Positions 12,307 to 24,950 of a stretch of DNA of 64,000 nucleotides are shown here, piece after piece. Position 1 is the first letter of the stretch. Every line of letters starts with the position of its first letter. The notes under the pieces are model-generated. The model was not told where the DNA came from. It searched no databases and worked only from the letters and a program-made list of their open reading frames with translations. Both the position numbers and the translations under genes were made by a program. This DNA is from Eledone cirrhosa (Eukaryota), in the NCBI GenBank assembly GCA_964016885.1, contig OZ024742.1, positions 117,180,001 to 117,244,000 on the forward strand, written 5' to 3'.

Positions 12307-12989
12307 AAATCATAAAAATTCTTGAATATAAATATTCTTCCAGCTTTGAAAATAAAAATATATCATCATTTACTGTGGGTTGTGGAAATTTTGTTTAAAG
12401 TTAATTTAATATTGATGCACAATATAGTCAAGTTCTTTTATTTCCTACTGTCATATTTACACCTTCAAATTTCATATATTCTTTTGAAAATGAATTAGTT
12501 TAATTAAATGAGGCATAGTTTTATTTCAAAATATATATTGTTGCATAGATGTAATTGAAGTAAAGTATATTACAGTACATCTTTAGCTTCTTTAATTACT
12601 TGTTGGTTACTAATATCAAAGAAGAAACAGAAAATAGGGAAATTTGAATAACAGTATTATTCTAAAGTTGAAAAGAAAGTTTCTACAGATACGAACTGTT
12701 AATAAATATTAGTTCTGAGTTCAAATCCTTTGAAGGTCAACACTGCCTTTCATCCTTCCAGGACAGTGGATTTGTAGAATTGTCAGGATGTAGAATGAGA
12801 TGCTTTGCAATGTCTTCTCTCATGCTTGATGTTCTGAGTTCAAATTTGAGAATGGTCTACTTGTGTGGGAACCTTAATTTCACTCAGCCTATCACCACTA
12901 CATGGCCTTTGGGTGTTTTTAGCAAAGTTCATTCTCTTCCAAACATTCAAGCCAGGTCTCCAATTTGTGAACAACTTTCTTTTTTTCTC

Positions 12990-13820
12990 CCTTATTTCTA
13001 CACTTGCATAATTTGGATGTGTCCTTTTTAGCACAGCATCTTTCCACACATTATGGTCGTCCATCATCTCCACTGTGAGTTTCAGCAATTTGAGATCAGC
13101 TCTCACCACCAACTGCATGTCTTGAGATCAGATCTCATCCCCAACTGCATGTCAACTGAATTGACATTTAGTCGAATTAAACAGTGAAAAACCAAAAAGT
13201 GTATCAGACCATTGTTAGTAGAAAATAGGGTTATTATGAAACTAAAATTAATTTAGAACTAACAGTCATCATTGTACTTGTCATGCCTTTTTTGTTCATT
13301 TTTCTATGCTTGCATAGGTTGGATGTGTCTTTACAGCACTGCATCTCTCCACATATTGCAATCATCTATCCTATCCACTGTGAGTTTCAGCAATTTGAGA
13401 TCAGCTCTCACCACCTCTGCCTAGGTCTTCCTTGGCCTTCTACTGTGGATTCCTTCCATTGGTATTTCTTAGCACATCTTAACCCAGTAACCATCATCCA
13501 TGTGAATCACTTGTCCATACCAACACAGTTATGTCATTTGCACACTACTTCTGGTTCCTCTTATACTCAATTTCTCAGTTCATCCAAGCTCCGTTATTTA
13601 CATTAACATTGCACATCCATTGAAGCATACTTGCTTCATTTCTCTCCAGCCTGTGCACCACTACAGTCTTTTCCCATGTTTCAGAGCCATCCCGCATAGC
13701 ACTTCTCACACAGGCATCATACAGCCATCCTTTTGTATGTAGGAGAGATCTTTTGTTATCAAACGTCTTCCATCCTATCTTTATTATAGCTATTATGCTC
13801 TCAGCATACCCTCCTCCACA
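12990..13820 (-). mobile_element. Old RTE-clade 3' fragments
   Basis: Reverse complement resembles the RTE C-terminus (GRLYDACVR..GSETW, GRPR..W) and the RTE 3' motif ATGCAAGCATAGAAAAATG. Confidence 0.7.
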
Positions 13821-14498
13821 GCTAAATCGCTTAGCTAGAAAAGATGTATATCATTGTTGCTGTTACTATCAATTAACCCTGAAAATCTACATACAATGTC
13901 TACTTTTCCTGTTAAACAACCTGTTATCCCACTGCATCTCTTGTGCATACCAAAATATGTTTAAGGAAAATGGGCTAATCTTCTTGAATCCTTTTGTATG
14001 CAAAGATGCAACTCTTCTAGACTCAAAAGATGCAAACATTATATTAAAAAGTTGCTGTTGAGTAATCAGAAAACCTGTTTGTGGTAAACCCTACCATATT
14101 AGTGACATTAAAAAAATACTTCAAAATTTGTAAATGAAATATAAAATGACTTAACGTGTTCCTTTTAAAGGCCATCATGGAAAGGATGATAATTTTTGCT
14201 CGAATGCTTCTTAATGGCCTCTCTAGCCTAATTAGTGCATTCTCAATAATGTACCACTTCATTGCATTCCTAAGAACCTTTTATTCTCTTCTTTGTAAAT
14301 AGTGTATCATAATTCTTTCTTATATTCAACTTATTATATTTTAACTTTATACATGGCTAGTAAAATAAATGATGGGATTATAGAATCAAATGACTTGCAA
14401 TGTGTAATCATATACTACTTTTCTTTGTGACAAGTGGAGAGATGATGTGCTGAATAGGACCTGTCCCACCCTTGCAAGCAGGGAAAAGCGGACGTAAA

Positions 14499-14529
<31 letters not shown>

Positions 14530-15300
14530 GAGCAAGGCTGCTTCCCTGATGGATTCAATGTCCTATCTCCTTTCCTACTTTCTAGCACTTTAGTTTTGGC
14601 TAAGTTTACTTTCAGCTCTTTTGATTCCAATTTCTGTTTCCACAGTTGGAACTTAATCTCTAGTTCTTCCATAGATTCAACTATGAAGACCAGATCATTA
14701 GTGTACAGAATTCACAAGGACAACCAGTCTTAATCTCTTCTGTTATGGCCTGTTATGAACAGAAGTAAGCTGAGGAGCAAGCACTGATAAACTCATACTT
14801 GTACCTTGAATTGCTCACTAAACTCATTTCTTAATCTCACTTTACTGACAATTCCTCTGTACATAGCTTGCACTGTTCTCACAAGCCACTCTTTTACCCT
14901 TAGTTTCCTTATGGACCACGAGATGACAGACCAAGAGTACTGTGTGAAAAGGCCTTTTCTAGAACAGCAAAAGCTAAATATTATGTCTCATACTTCACTA
15001 GGAATTTCTCTTAGGAAGAGGGCATTTGTAGTACTTCTTCCAGGCACAACACTGAACTGCATCTCATCTAATTTTACTTTTTTTCTGATTAGCTGTTCTA
15101 TAACACTTTCTATCACTTTCATAACTTGGTCCATTAGTTTTATTCTTCTGTAGTTGCTCCTTTTTTAGAGCATCACCTTTTCCCTTTTAGCAATTAACAA
15201 GTGTACTGCTGCACTGATCTGTATTACCTAGTTGACTAGTTCAGCTCCTGCAACTGATGTTTTTAGCATCTCATTGAATATCTCTGATGGTCTTGCAGTA
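14530..15300 (-). mobile_element. Degenerate RTE RT fragment, with a + strand RTE 3'-end remnant at ~14460-14530
   Basis: ORF MEELEIKFQLWKQKLESKELKVNLAKTKVL matches the RTE region after YADD; the 14806-15153 ORF is antisense to RT. Confidence 0.8.
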
Positions 15301-15478
15301 AAATGCATAAAATTGATCCATCTATATTAATGTTCTCTAGCAGATTGCCTCATCAAATCATCAACTATAACTTGCATATGAAATGCCTTAATCATAAGTC
15401 TGTTTGATCAGGATTGACCTGTCATCAATCATTATCATCATTGTTTTTGCATTCCTGTTTTCCTACTAACCCTCACAG

Positions 15479-15520
<42 letters not shown>

Positions 15521-16285
15521 GTGTGTGACATGTTCTGAAACAATCAGTTATGTTTATTTATGTCCAACTTTTGGCAATACATCCTGCAGCTTAGATTTCA
15601 ATGATATATCTGATACTTATGATACAGGTTAGTATCAGAAGAGCCTCTAGGATAGAAAAAAACTGCCACAAAAAATATTTCATCCAACCCTTACCAGTAT
15701 GAAAACGTGGATGTAAAAACAATGATGAAGATGATTTACAACAGGTCAATCCTGATTAAACAGACTTATGATTAAAGCATTTCCTATGAAAGTTATGGTG
15801 GATGATTTAATGAGGCAATCTGTGAATATTATTATAGATGGGACAATTTCAGGCATTTTACTGCAGGACTATCTGAGATAGTCACTGAGATACTGAAAGT
15901 ATCAGGAGATCTAGGAGCTGTGTGTGTTTGTACATACACACATACATACATGCATATATATGTATGTGTACATGTGTCTCCATGCAACTTCGTACCGACA
16001 TTGTTTAAAGAATGTGGTGATATTTGGTGATGGATACTAGATTCATATACTATACTTAAAAAATAAAGTATAAGTAGACATCTGGAAGGGGATGTCGTTT
16101 TAGGAATTTTGCCGAAGATGGCAGTATATACCAAAGTGATTTTTGAGATATGTAAGATTTCAAAGGATACTCTAGAGATGTAAATGCCTACATGTCCATT
16201 TTTCCCTTACAGCCACTGACTGTCTCGAGGACCTTTTCGTCCCTCATCACACTGTAGATTATTCAATTCCATATGATGTAATAAC

Positions 16286-16576
16286 TGTTTCTACTTTTGG
16301 CACAAGGCCAGCAATTACCCCAGTGCATTACTGGTACTTTATTTTATCGACCCCGTAAGGATGAAAGGCAAAGTTAACCTTGGCGGGATTTGAACTCAGA
16401 TCGTAAAGGGACATAACTCTATGATGCAAAGCATGGCATCCGACCCTCTACCGATACTGCCAATCCACCGCTGCAAAGTTAACCTCGGTGGGATTTGAAC
16501 TCAGAACGTCAAGGGCCGTAACTCTATACTGCAAAACTTGGCGTCCGGCCCTCTACCGATACTGCCAATCCACCGC
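16286..16576 (-). mobile_element. SINE family A with duplicated 5' head, 17-bp TSD
   Basis: TSD CCATATGATGTAATAAC at 16269-16285 and 16577-16593. Confidence 0.88.
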
Positions 16577-16716
16577 CCATATGATGTAATAACAATAGGA
16601 CACTGATGTCCATACCCGGCTGCATATAGATATGTTGGCAGATGTCAGCTACAATACTTCAAGATTCAGTACTTGTGACAAACAAAATTATAGAGCACCC
16701 CACCCCAGATACACTT

Positions 16717-16842
16717 ACATTTTATGCTTAATTTCCCAACATGAGTAGATTGAATATAAAGAGGTTTTGTCCATATATAAATTAATTTCCTTATACTAAG
16801 CCTACTGAATGTCTTCATGTTAGTAAATTAAGCATAAAATGT
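16717..16842. repeat. MITE-like fold-back with 18-bp perfect terminal inverted repeats
   Basis: ACATTTTATGCTTAATTT ... AAATTAAGCATAAAATGT, extended inward by AACATGA/TCATGTT. Confidence 0.6.
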
Positions 16843-17149
16843 TTGTTTGTTCCTTTTTATTATTCCTATTTTTTTATAGAAACTTTTTCAGCAACTGAGA
16901 CATTATATTTTTATGTATTTCAATGTTTTCACAATATTCCTCCTTATCTCTTAAATATCAAGTTTATTTTTTATGGGTTGTTTTCGTTTCTATAAGATAT
17001 TGTTTACAGAGCATAATATATTGATTTTGATTTTTAAAAAAACATTTTTTTTCTATATTATACTAGTACATAACCTGTTGTTTTACAGATAGAATAAGTA
17101 ATATTTAATTTTTTTTCGCAAAAACTGTAACACAGCTATGTTTTTAAAT

Positions 17150-17470
17150 TGTATGTATGTATGTACGTATGTAAGTATGTATGAACATATGTATGTGTGT
17201 GTGTATCTATGTTCATCTACTTTTAATATTTCTATAATTTCTTACCAGTAAAGAGAGAACCAGTCTCTAACATAGAAACAAAACACTTTTATTGGAAATC
17301 AACTAGGTAATTATGTCTGTATATATGTGAGTGTGCATATGTGTATGTAGATATGTATGTTATTACATGTATGTACCTGTATGTTTTGAGTTATATATCT
17401 CATATACACCTGTTTCAATATCTATACACATATATTGCTGTCATTATATGGTACATTTCAGAAATGTATG
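17150..17470 (-). mobile_element. 3' UTR remnant of the (TACA)n-tailed RLE LINE family
   Basis: Similar to 26040-26300 (TTACCA..GAGA..TCTAACATAGA..AAAAC..CAACTAGGTA) and adjacent to (ATGT)n. Confidence 0.65.
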
Positions 17471-17531
17471 TACACTTATATATATTTATATCATTATCAT
17501 CAACATAATATATAAAAGAGAGAGAGAGAGG

Positions 17532-17580
<49 letters not shown>

Positions 17581-17996
17581 CACCATTATCACAGAACTTA
17601 AATTCTGATATAAATGGAATCAATTTAAAACATTTAGAACATTTGTCCCCACTCCCTCCCTTTTTTATCTTTCTTTGCATCATTTCCTGAATTCTGAATA
17701 AATATTTTAGAACCATTTTGTCAGATCATAACATTTATGTGTGACAGACAGACAAAAAAAATGTTATATGTACAATGATTATGTAAAACATTTTAGAGTG
17801 ATATATTTTTGGTTGAAGTGGAACTACAATATCCAGAAGAGTAATCAATAATGAAACATGAAGGAAGTTATTTCAGTTTTATTTAATTTGACATTTATTA
17901 GACTTTATCACAAACCTTTGATTTTAGTGTATCAGTAATGTCCTTTTATTTATAATCCTTTTTTCAACTGTCTAATCAGAGAGGAAAGGGCAGTGC

Positions 17997-18094
17997 TTAT
18001 GACTTTTTTTCGGGCCTGAGATTTGTAGGAGGGAGAGAGGAAAAGGCATCTGTAAACAAGAATCCTGGTTCAAATGCTTCCAACAAAGTGGACT
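17997..18094 (-). CDS. Candidate terminal coding exon (xSTLLEAFEPGFLFTDAFSSLPPTNLRPEKKS*) of an unidentified host gene
   Basis: Acceptor CCTTATTACCTTTTAACAG, open frame to TAA, AATAAA ~50 nt downstream (17945-17950). Not TE-like; no homology recognised. Confidence 0.22.
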
Positions 18095-19225
18095 CTGTTA
18101 AAAGGTAATAAGGTGGTGTTAAAACTGGCGACAGATTAAGTCTACCATTTGTTATACTGAAAAATTTGTTATAATGGTATTTATTATAATGGAACTCCAC
18201 CTGTATTTTATTACTAAAACATATTTGTTGCAATACATAGGTAGAATTTGAATTAAATTTAACCCTCTTCATACCAACTATGCTCAAGACTGCCCCATAA
18301 AACTACCCATTTTAAATTTGCCGATCATAATTTTATAACTCAGAACATTTTGTTAAGTTATGTTTCAAACACCAGCTTGCTAACAAAGTTAATTATTCTA
18401 CTAAATCCCTGCAACTTTTTATTATTATTATAATTTTCAAACTTAATAGGAAAATATTGATAGAACAGTATGTATTCATATGCGCGCGTGCACACACATG
18501 CACACAAACGCACGCACACATGCACACACACGCACACATGTGTCTGCATATGTGTCAGAAGTATGAGAATGAAAGGGTGACAAAACTATGACTATCAGAA
18601 ATTAATACCTTGCAGTGTTTAATGTTTACTACCAAACTCACCATCCTAGTTTATAGAGAGACAGTTTAAAGAGGGTGTGGATCTAATTATGAACTGGATT
18701 TTTTCTTCGATGTTGAAAAATAAAAGAGAACAGTAACAAATAAAAACAAAGAAAATGTTTAAAAATTAGAGGGAAAGAGAGTCGACATTATTGTCGACTA
18801 GGTTTGAATTCAGAATGCTAAGTTCACTTACAAAGGTGTTTCGTCCAATGCTCTAACAATTCTACCAATCTACTACTCTGGACTGGTACTTTATTTTATC
18901 TATCTCAAAAGAATGAAAGGCAAAGTTAACCCAGAAGGCTTTGAACTTTGTTTTTTTATGTTGTAAATAACTGCTATCATTACCTATAAAACTAGCATAA
19001 TTTGTATGTTCATAAAATAAAAAAGAAAACCAAGCAAAAAATCTCCCAAAAAGTGCCTCCAAAATTGCTAACAGTGTGTGCCTCAATGTGGTTCCTCATC
19101 TGATAATTTCTAGCAGTCAAATTTCATTCAAATCACAATGTCTTATAAAAATACATTGGACTATATAAAAAAGTGTATAGTCAATCAGGCTTGACATGAG
19201 ACAAAACTATTAATCACTATTCCTG

Positions 19226-19237
19226 TTACTACTACTA

Positions 19238-19327
<90 letters not shown>

Positions 19328-19336
19328 TTACTACTA
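19226..19336. repeat. (CTA)n/(CTG)n compound microsatellite
   Basis: Direct reading. Confidence 0.95.
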
Positions 19337-19409
19337 TAATAAAAACAATTGAAAACTAAATATAATTGGAGATATCAATATAAATTGAAAATATATATTA
19401 ATAATCTTA

Positions 19410-19587
19410 TAATTGTTTCTACTTTAGGCACAAGGCCAGAAATTACCCAGTGCATTACTGGTACTTTATTTTATCGACCCCGTAAGGATGAAAGGCAAAG
19501 TCAACCTCGGCGGGATTTGAACTCAGATCGTAAAGGGACGTAACTATGTTGGAAAGATTGGCATCCGACCCTCTACCGATACTGCCA
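19410..19587 (-). mobile_element. SINE family A, near full length
   Basis: Matches the family A consensus. Confidence 0.9.
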
Positions 19588-20944
19588 CATTGATGGGGGA
19601 CCCTCCAAGTGTGTCAAAGACATAACAACCTCTCTTATGCTGGGGCCATGTTAAATTGAACTCAGAAAAACGTGGGACTATATGTTAGCAAAATGCAGAT
19701 ACTCAGCCTGTTTGGGAGTTATGTAGCCCCACTTCAGTACTGACTCAGTCTGTAGAGACCCATCCAACCCTTGCTAGCAGAGAAAATGGATGTTAAATGA
19801 TGATGATAATAATTGACATGTATAAACCACCCCCTCTATCACCATCTCTAAATAAATCAAAACCGACATTTTCCCTAACTGCAATTACCATGCTAAAATA
19901 ATCTACAAACTTATACCTTCACCTTAGATCAGGCAGTCAAAGAATAGAAAGAGTAAGTCAAAGAGAGAGAGAAGTCAAGGGAAGAGGGAGAGCAAAGGGG
20001 AAATTGGGATAGCTACATTTGTAGATTAAGAAAGAAAACAGAAAATGAGTCCTATATATTTATAAAAAAAACAAAGAAAAACAAGATAAAATATATATAT
20101 ATATATATTGTGTAGCAGTGCTGTCAGTTAAAATGGTGAATATGTTTATTGTACTTAGATATTGATTTCTAACTTAGGCACAAGGCCAGAAGCTTTTAGA
20201 GGAAGAGCAAAGCTAATTAACTCAATCTCAGTACTTGTTTGTTACTCGATTTTATCGACCCTGGAAGGACGAAAAGCAAAGTTGTCTGTTTGTCCTGTGT
20301 TCTGTGTATGAAATGCATAGCTGCCTTCTGAAGCATTTGTACATGAATGCCTGGATTCTTCATTCCATGTTAGCTGTAAGAGTTCAGTTCTCATACAAAA
20401 GGATTGAGGTAACCAGGGAATTGTACAATTTGAGTATCATATGAAAACTAAGGGAATTGTTTTCCAAATGATGTTCAGTTTTATCATGACAGAAGAAGCC
20501 TGGCCAAGTATTGCCAAAAGCATACCAAAAATGGAAAAATTGTATACAGCAATACATAGCAACCCTTAATATATTATTTATAATTATGAAACCTAAAAAA
20601 AATAGTATAAAATTGCTATAACTAGATTCATTATTTAGTGTTTTCATTTTTTGGTATTTCATTATATTAATTTATTCAAGCAATGAACCAGTAACAGGTA
20701 AATCTGACAAAAATAAGCATTTTATTAACAAAGAATCTGTGAATTGATTTTTAGAAACAAAATTTACTAAATAGTGTCTAGAATCAGTTGAGGAAACAGA
20801 TTAACATTTCAATTAGACATATTTCTATTTCTATAGAAATTTAGATAGAAAACTTCTGCTTCCTTGTTTTGTTAGTATAACAAAATAAAAAACAACTATT
20901 ATGAAATGAAATTGAACAGCAATTTAAATTGAAATATAAAAATA

Positions 20945-21155
20945 ATGGTTTCTGATTTAGGCACAAAGCCAACAATTTTTGGGAATATGGGAAAGGGAAA
21001 GTCGATTAAATCAACTCCAGTGCATAACTGATACTTTATTTTATCACCCTCTGTCCTCGATAAGGGTGAAAGACAAAGCTAACAATGGTTGGATTTAATT
21101 ATTTGCCACAAAGAATGTTGTCCAATGTTCTAATGATACTGTCAATCCACCACTC
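20945..21155 (-). mobile_element. SINE family A, older long variant
   Basis: Contains the extra GGGAAAAGTCGATTAAATCAAC segment also seen at ~1300, ~31330 and ~58520. Confidence 0.75.
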
Positions 21156-21167
21156 CTATAATAATAA

Positions 21168-22620
21168 TTTTTTTTTTTCATTTTATAAGGTTTTTCTAGC
21201 AATTGGTTGCTAGTTACAGCACATTAATTGAACTCAGATCAGGGCGGTGGATTGGCAGTATCGGTAGAGGGTTTGACGCCATGCTTTCCAGCATAGTTAC
21301 GTCCCTTTATGATCTGAGTTCAAATCCCGCCGAGGTTGACTTTGCCTTTCATCCTTACGGGGTCGATAAAATAAAGTAGCAGTAATGCACTGGGTAATTG
21401 CTGGCCTTGTGCCTAAAGTAGAAACAATTAATTGAACTCAGATCAGTCCCTGTAATCAGAGGCACAAAAAATTGTGTAGGATTTTTGCAATGCTAGTGAT
21501 GTTAGAAATTTTTGTACTGCTTATGAAGTTGGGTATCCTAAGGAATTTTATGAACGACGTAAGACTTTTAGGGGCTGAGACTAGTGCTCCTGTGATGATT
21601 GGCACAACTTCTGTCTCTATATGGTAATCAGTTCTAATAGTGCCTGCAAGGTCTGCATACTTATTGATCTTTTCGATTTTGTTTTCAGCCACATTCTGGT
21701 CTTGCAATATGAATTAGTCTATTTTTTTTTTTTTGTGGGAGGTACAACAATATCAGGGTGGTTGTATTGGACTTTGTGCTCTTGATTTCAAGGTCCCAAA
21801 ATAAGTCTACTCCTGCCCCTGATAAGCAGAATTCAAGAAGAGTTTGTTTGTACCACTGACATAGCATTTCTATGTGGTATTTTTTAATCGTCCGATAAGA
21901 CACAGTGCATAGGCGCCGATGCTCCATTTTATTAGGTGGCAGAGGGGGTGAGGCTATCTTTCTTTACCATTCTCTTGGCTTCATTTAATTCCTCCTGAGT
22001 TACCTCGATTATTTCGCATTTCTTGGTTGCTTTGGCAAACGACACATTTGCGGTGGTATTGATGATTTTGTTGTTATTGTTATTTTTAGTTTCGGTTGTG
22101 GTGGCGTCAGTGGAGTTCGGTGTAGAAGAGTCGATTCTGGGTGAATCCATTTCGATGTCACGAGATAATAATTTCTTTCTTTCTTTTGTTTCTGTTGTTG
22201 CTGTGGTGAGGTGGGGGTGGCGGTTTTAACACCTGCAGTTTTTGGTAATGGCGGGAAATGAATGTCTGCATGAGACAAATTTAAATTATTGCTACTGCTT
22301 ATATTTTTAGTGTTGACAAACGTAGTAATATTTACAATGGTGGTGTTGGTGTGAGGTGTTAGTTTGTGAGGAACGCTGTCAGCTTGGTGTAGCTGTGAGT
22401 CGTCCATGATTTTTTCAAAGAAATTTTTGTTTGATAATTATAAAATTTTAAATTTTGGGCTCAAGGCCCCAATCTTTTGAGTGTCCTTTTCCGAAAGCAA
22501 TATATGTGACCTTATAAACACTTAACAACAAAACGTTTCCAGAAATGGCAATTTGAAACAACTGAAAAACAACAAACCTTTGCGGAGCTCACGATAATAC
22601 GATTTCCTACGTAGGTCGCC
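21168..22620 (-). mobile_element. Internally deleted (RT-less) RLE non-LTR element with poly(A) tail, flanked by (AAT)n
   Basis: 5' UTR and N-terminal ORF (22407 to ~21932) join directly to an RLE nuclease (LFWDLEIK..NHPDIVV..KINKYADLA..VVPIITGAL). Poly(T) on + strand at 21168-21178; (AAT)n on both sides. Confidence 0.7.
21243..21426 (+). mobile_element. SINE family A, full length, 20-bp TSD, nested in the 3' UTR of the RT-less element
   Basis: TSD ATTAATTGAACTCAGATCAG at 21223-21242 and 21427-21446. Confidence 0.93.
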
Positions 22621-23222
22621 AATAATAATAATAATAATAATAATAATAAGCTTCCTCAAGCATAAAATATAAATAAGCAAATGGAGGAAATGTGAATATA
22701 AATTTTAATTTACATGGAAATATTTACATAATGATAAGAATAAAGGTGTACAAAATATGAGGCAGGCAGTGTTAGTGGGAAATCTCAGAAAGTTTAATAT
22801 ATTAGAAAGGAGAGAGAAATAACTACAATGAATTTCAAATAGCATAGTAATATTTGTAAAAGGAAAAAAAAGCTAGGACAATATTGATGTGTTATTTCTT
22901 CAAAGCAGATCAAGCAGCATGCTCACCATATACAGTTCTTTGTATATACATACATTCTTTGGTTTTCATGAACATTTGTCATGACTTAGATATAAAATAT
23001 AAAAACACATCCTTAGATGAATACAATCAGAAATAAATTTCATTCATGTTCAAATTCAATATAAATAATGGGGCAGGAAAAGCATCCTGTAAGCATATTG
23101 GCCAACATCTTTCACTGTAACTACAAGTTTTTTTCATTCATTTGATGAATTGTTTTATGCAATTTCCTCAGTGATTCTGATATTGTTTTTTATCAGTGCA
23201 AAATAAAACAAACTATAGAATA

Positions 23223-23279
<57 letters not shown>

Positions 23280-23616
23280 AAATAAGTGAATATAAAAACC
23301 ATAGCTTTTATCTAAACTTTAGAATGAAATTATAAATACTTTGCATTTTTTTTCTGTCTATTTATAGATTTTCGTTAAAAAAATAATGAGTTCTATCTTA
23401 GAGATTAATGTTCCTAGCTATGAATAAAAACAGTAAAAACAATAATAAAATATGAAATAAAAAAATATTCTTGTCTATATTTTAGTGATGTATATATTTT
23501 GTTATAACAACTATAAATATTATTCCAGTGGAATATTAAGTGAAGTGTGGAAATATGTCACAACTGTACTGATAATATTTTTTTGTGATATTTCAAATGA
23601 GATTACAAAGTCTCAC

Positions 23617-23629
23617 CTTCAGCACGACC
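23617..23629 (-). other. Candidate 13-nt microexon (GGTCGTGCTGAAG)
   Basis: Minus strand reads TGTCTTTCTTTTAGTAG|GGTCGTGCTGAAG|GTGAGA. Confidence 0.3.
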
Positions 23630-23693
23630 CTACTAAAAGAAAGACATATTTATTTGAAATATTCAATAGGAAAATAACAATATATTATATAAT

Positions 23694-23882
23694 TGTTTCT
23701 ACTTTTGGCACAAGGCCATCAATCATCCGAGTGCATTACTGGTACTTTATTTTATCGACCCCCGTAAGGATGAAAGGCAAAGTTAACCTTGGCGGGATTT
23801 GAACTCAGATCGTAAAGGGACATAACTCTATGATGCAAAGCATGGCATCCGACCCTCTACCGATACTGCCAATCCACCGCCC
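23694..23882 (-). mobile_element. SINE family A, full length, 11-bp TSD
   Basis: TSD TATTATATAAT at 23683-23693 and 23883-23893. Confidence 0.9.
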
Positions 23883-23939
23883 TATTATATAATGTATTAC
23901 AATATAATATATGGAATATAATATATATATTATATGATT

Positions 23940-24950
23940 ACATCATCATCATCAGTTAATGTCTTCCCTGCTAGCACGGGTTCGACATGTCATCACAGAT
24001 AGACCAGTATTCAAGTGGTGCCACTGATTTCTATATGAGCCAGGAGCTCAACATATGATCTACATATAAGGGAGGTGGTCATGTCTATGGCACAACTAAA
24101 GAGTCCTTTTGACTCTTTGTTTGTTACATTTTCTATAGCTGTATGCCCTTCCTATCACCAACCATTTGACAGAGTGTAATGGGTGCAATTATCAAATAAA
24201 TCACTGACATTAGAGAAGCTGACATGCCCCTGATACAACTAAAGAGCATTCTTGACCATTTTTATCATTGTTTCTACAGTAGACTGCCCTTCATATTGCC
24301 AACTACCATACAAAGTGTGCTGTCAGTCTTTGACTCAACTGAAGAGCCCTCTCTAGTCTACTGATGGGGATGGCTTATATATTATGGGCTTGTACCAAGT
24401 CTGGAGGGATTTGATAGAGTTAAGCATGGTGAGTGGGAGAAGAAGGTGACTTCACGCCATGTGGGAGGTACTGTGGTGATGGTAGCTACTTATGGGCTAT
24501 GACAGGTGTTTCAAGGCTTTATAAGGTGAGGATCTAGAGCAGAGTTGTGTGGAGGAACCCTGGATAGCATGTATGTGTAAGGATTTGGGAGGGGCAGAGT
24601 TGTTACTGGAGAGATTATGGATAGAGTTAAAGTGATGCTGAGAAAATATACTATGGGGTGGTTGTGGTTTTGAAGAAACGTGAAATTGATGGAGGTGCAG
24701 TGGTAGTTAAGGTAGTTACTAAAAGGTGAAGGTGAATGGGTCAGGTCAGGTCAAGTTTTAGGGTGGTAGAGAGCTCTTTACCAGCACAGTGTGTCACCAA
24801 TCCTTTGATATATTTGCCATAAGTTTCAGCTTCTTGAGATTAGTTCTTATTATCTCATCCCATATCTTTTGGGGGATGCCTTTTCTACTAGTTCCACCCA
24901 CTAGGATTTATTTGCATGTCTTTATAAAGCCAATAATCGTCATCATCATC
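23940..24950 (-). mobile_element. Old RTE-type 3' region
   Basis: (CAT)n tail and the 3' motif CCCGTGCTAGCAGGGAAGACATTAA on the - strand; GTRRKGIPQKIWDEIIRTNL-like C-terminus at ~24830-24900. Confidence 0.55.

Noticed and set aside
12147-12398. Low-complexity ORFs (YI, HT, poly-His, poly-Ile, poly-Asn) here and at 29355, 33250, 33400 and 46214
   Set aside because: They are translations of microsatellites.
21243-21330. tRNA gene suggested by A and B boxes
   Set aside because: The box spacing and the attached core and tail recur in about 25 dispersed copies with TSDs. These are SINE heads, and no clean cloverleaf was seen.
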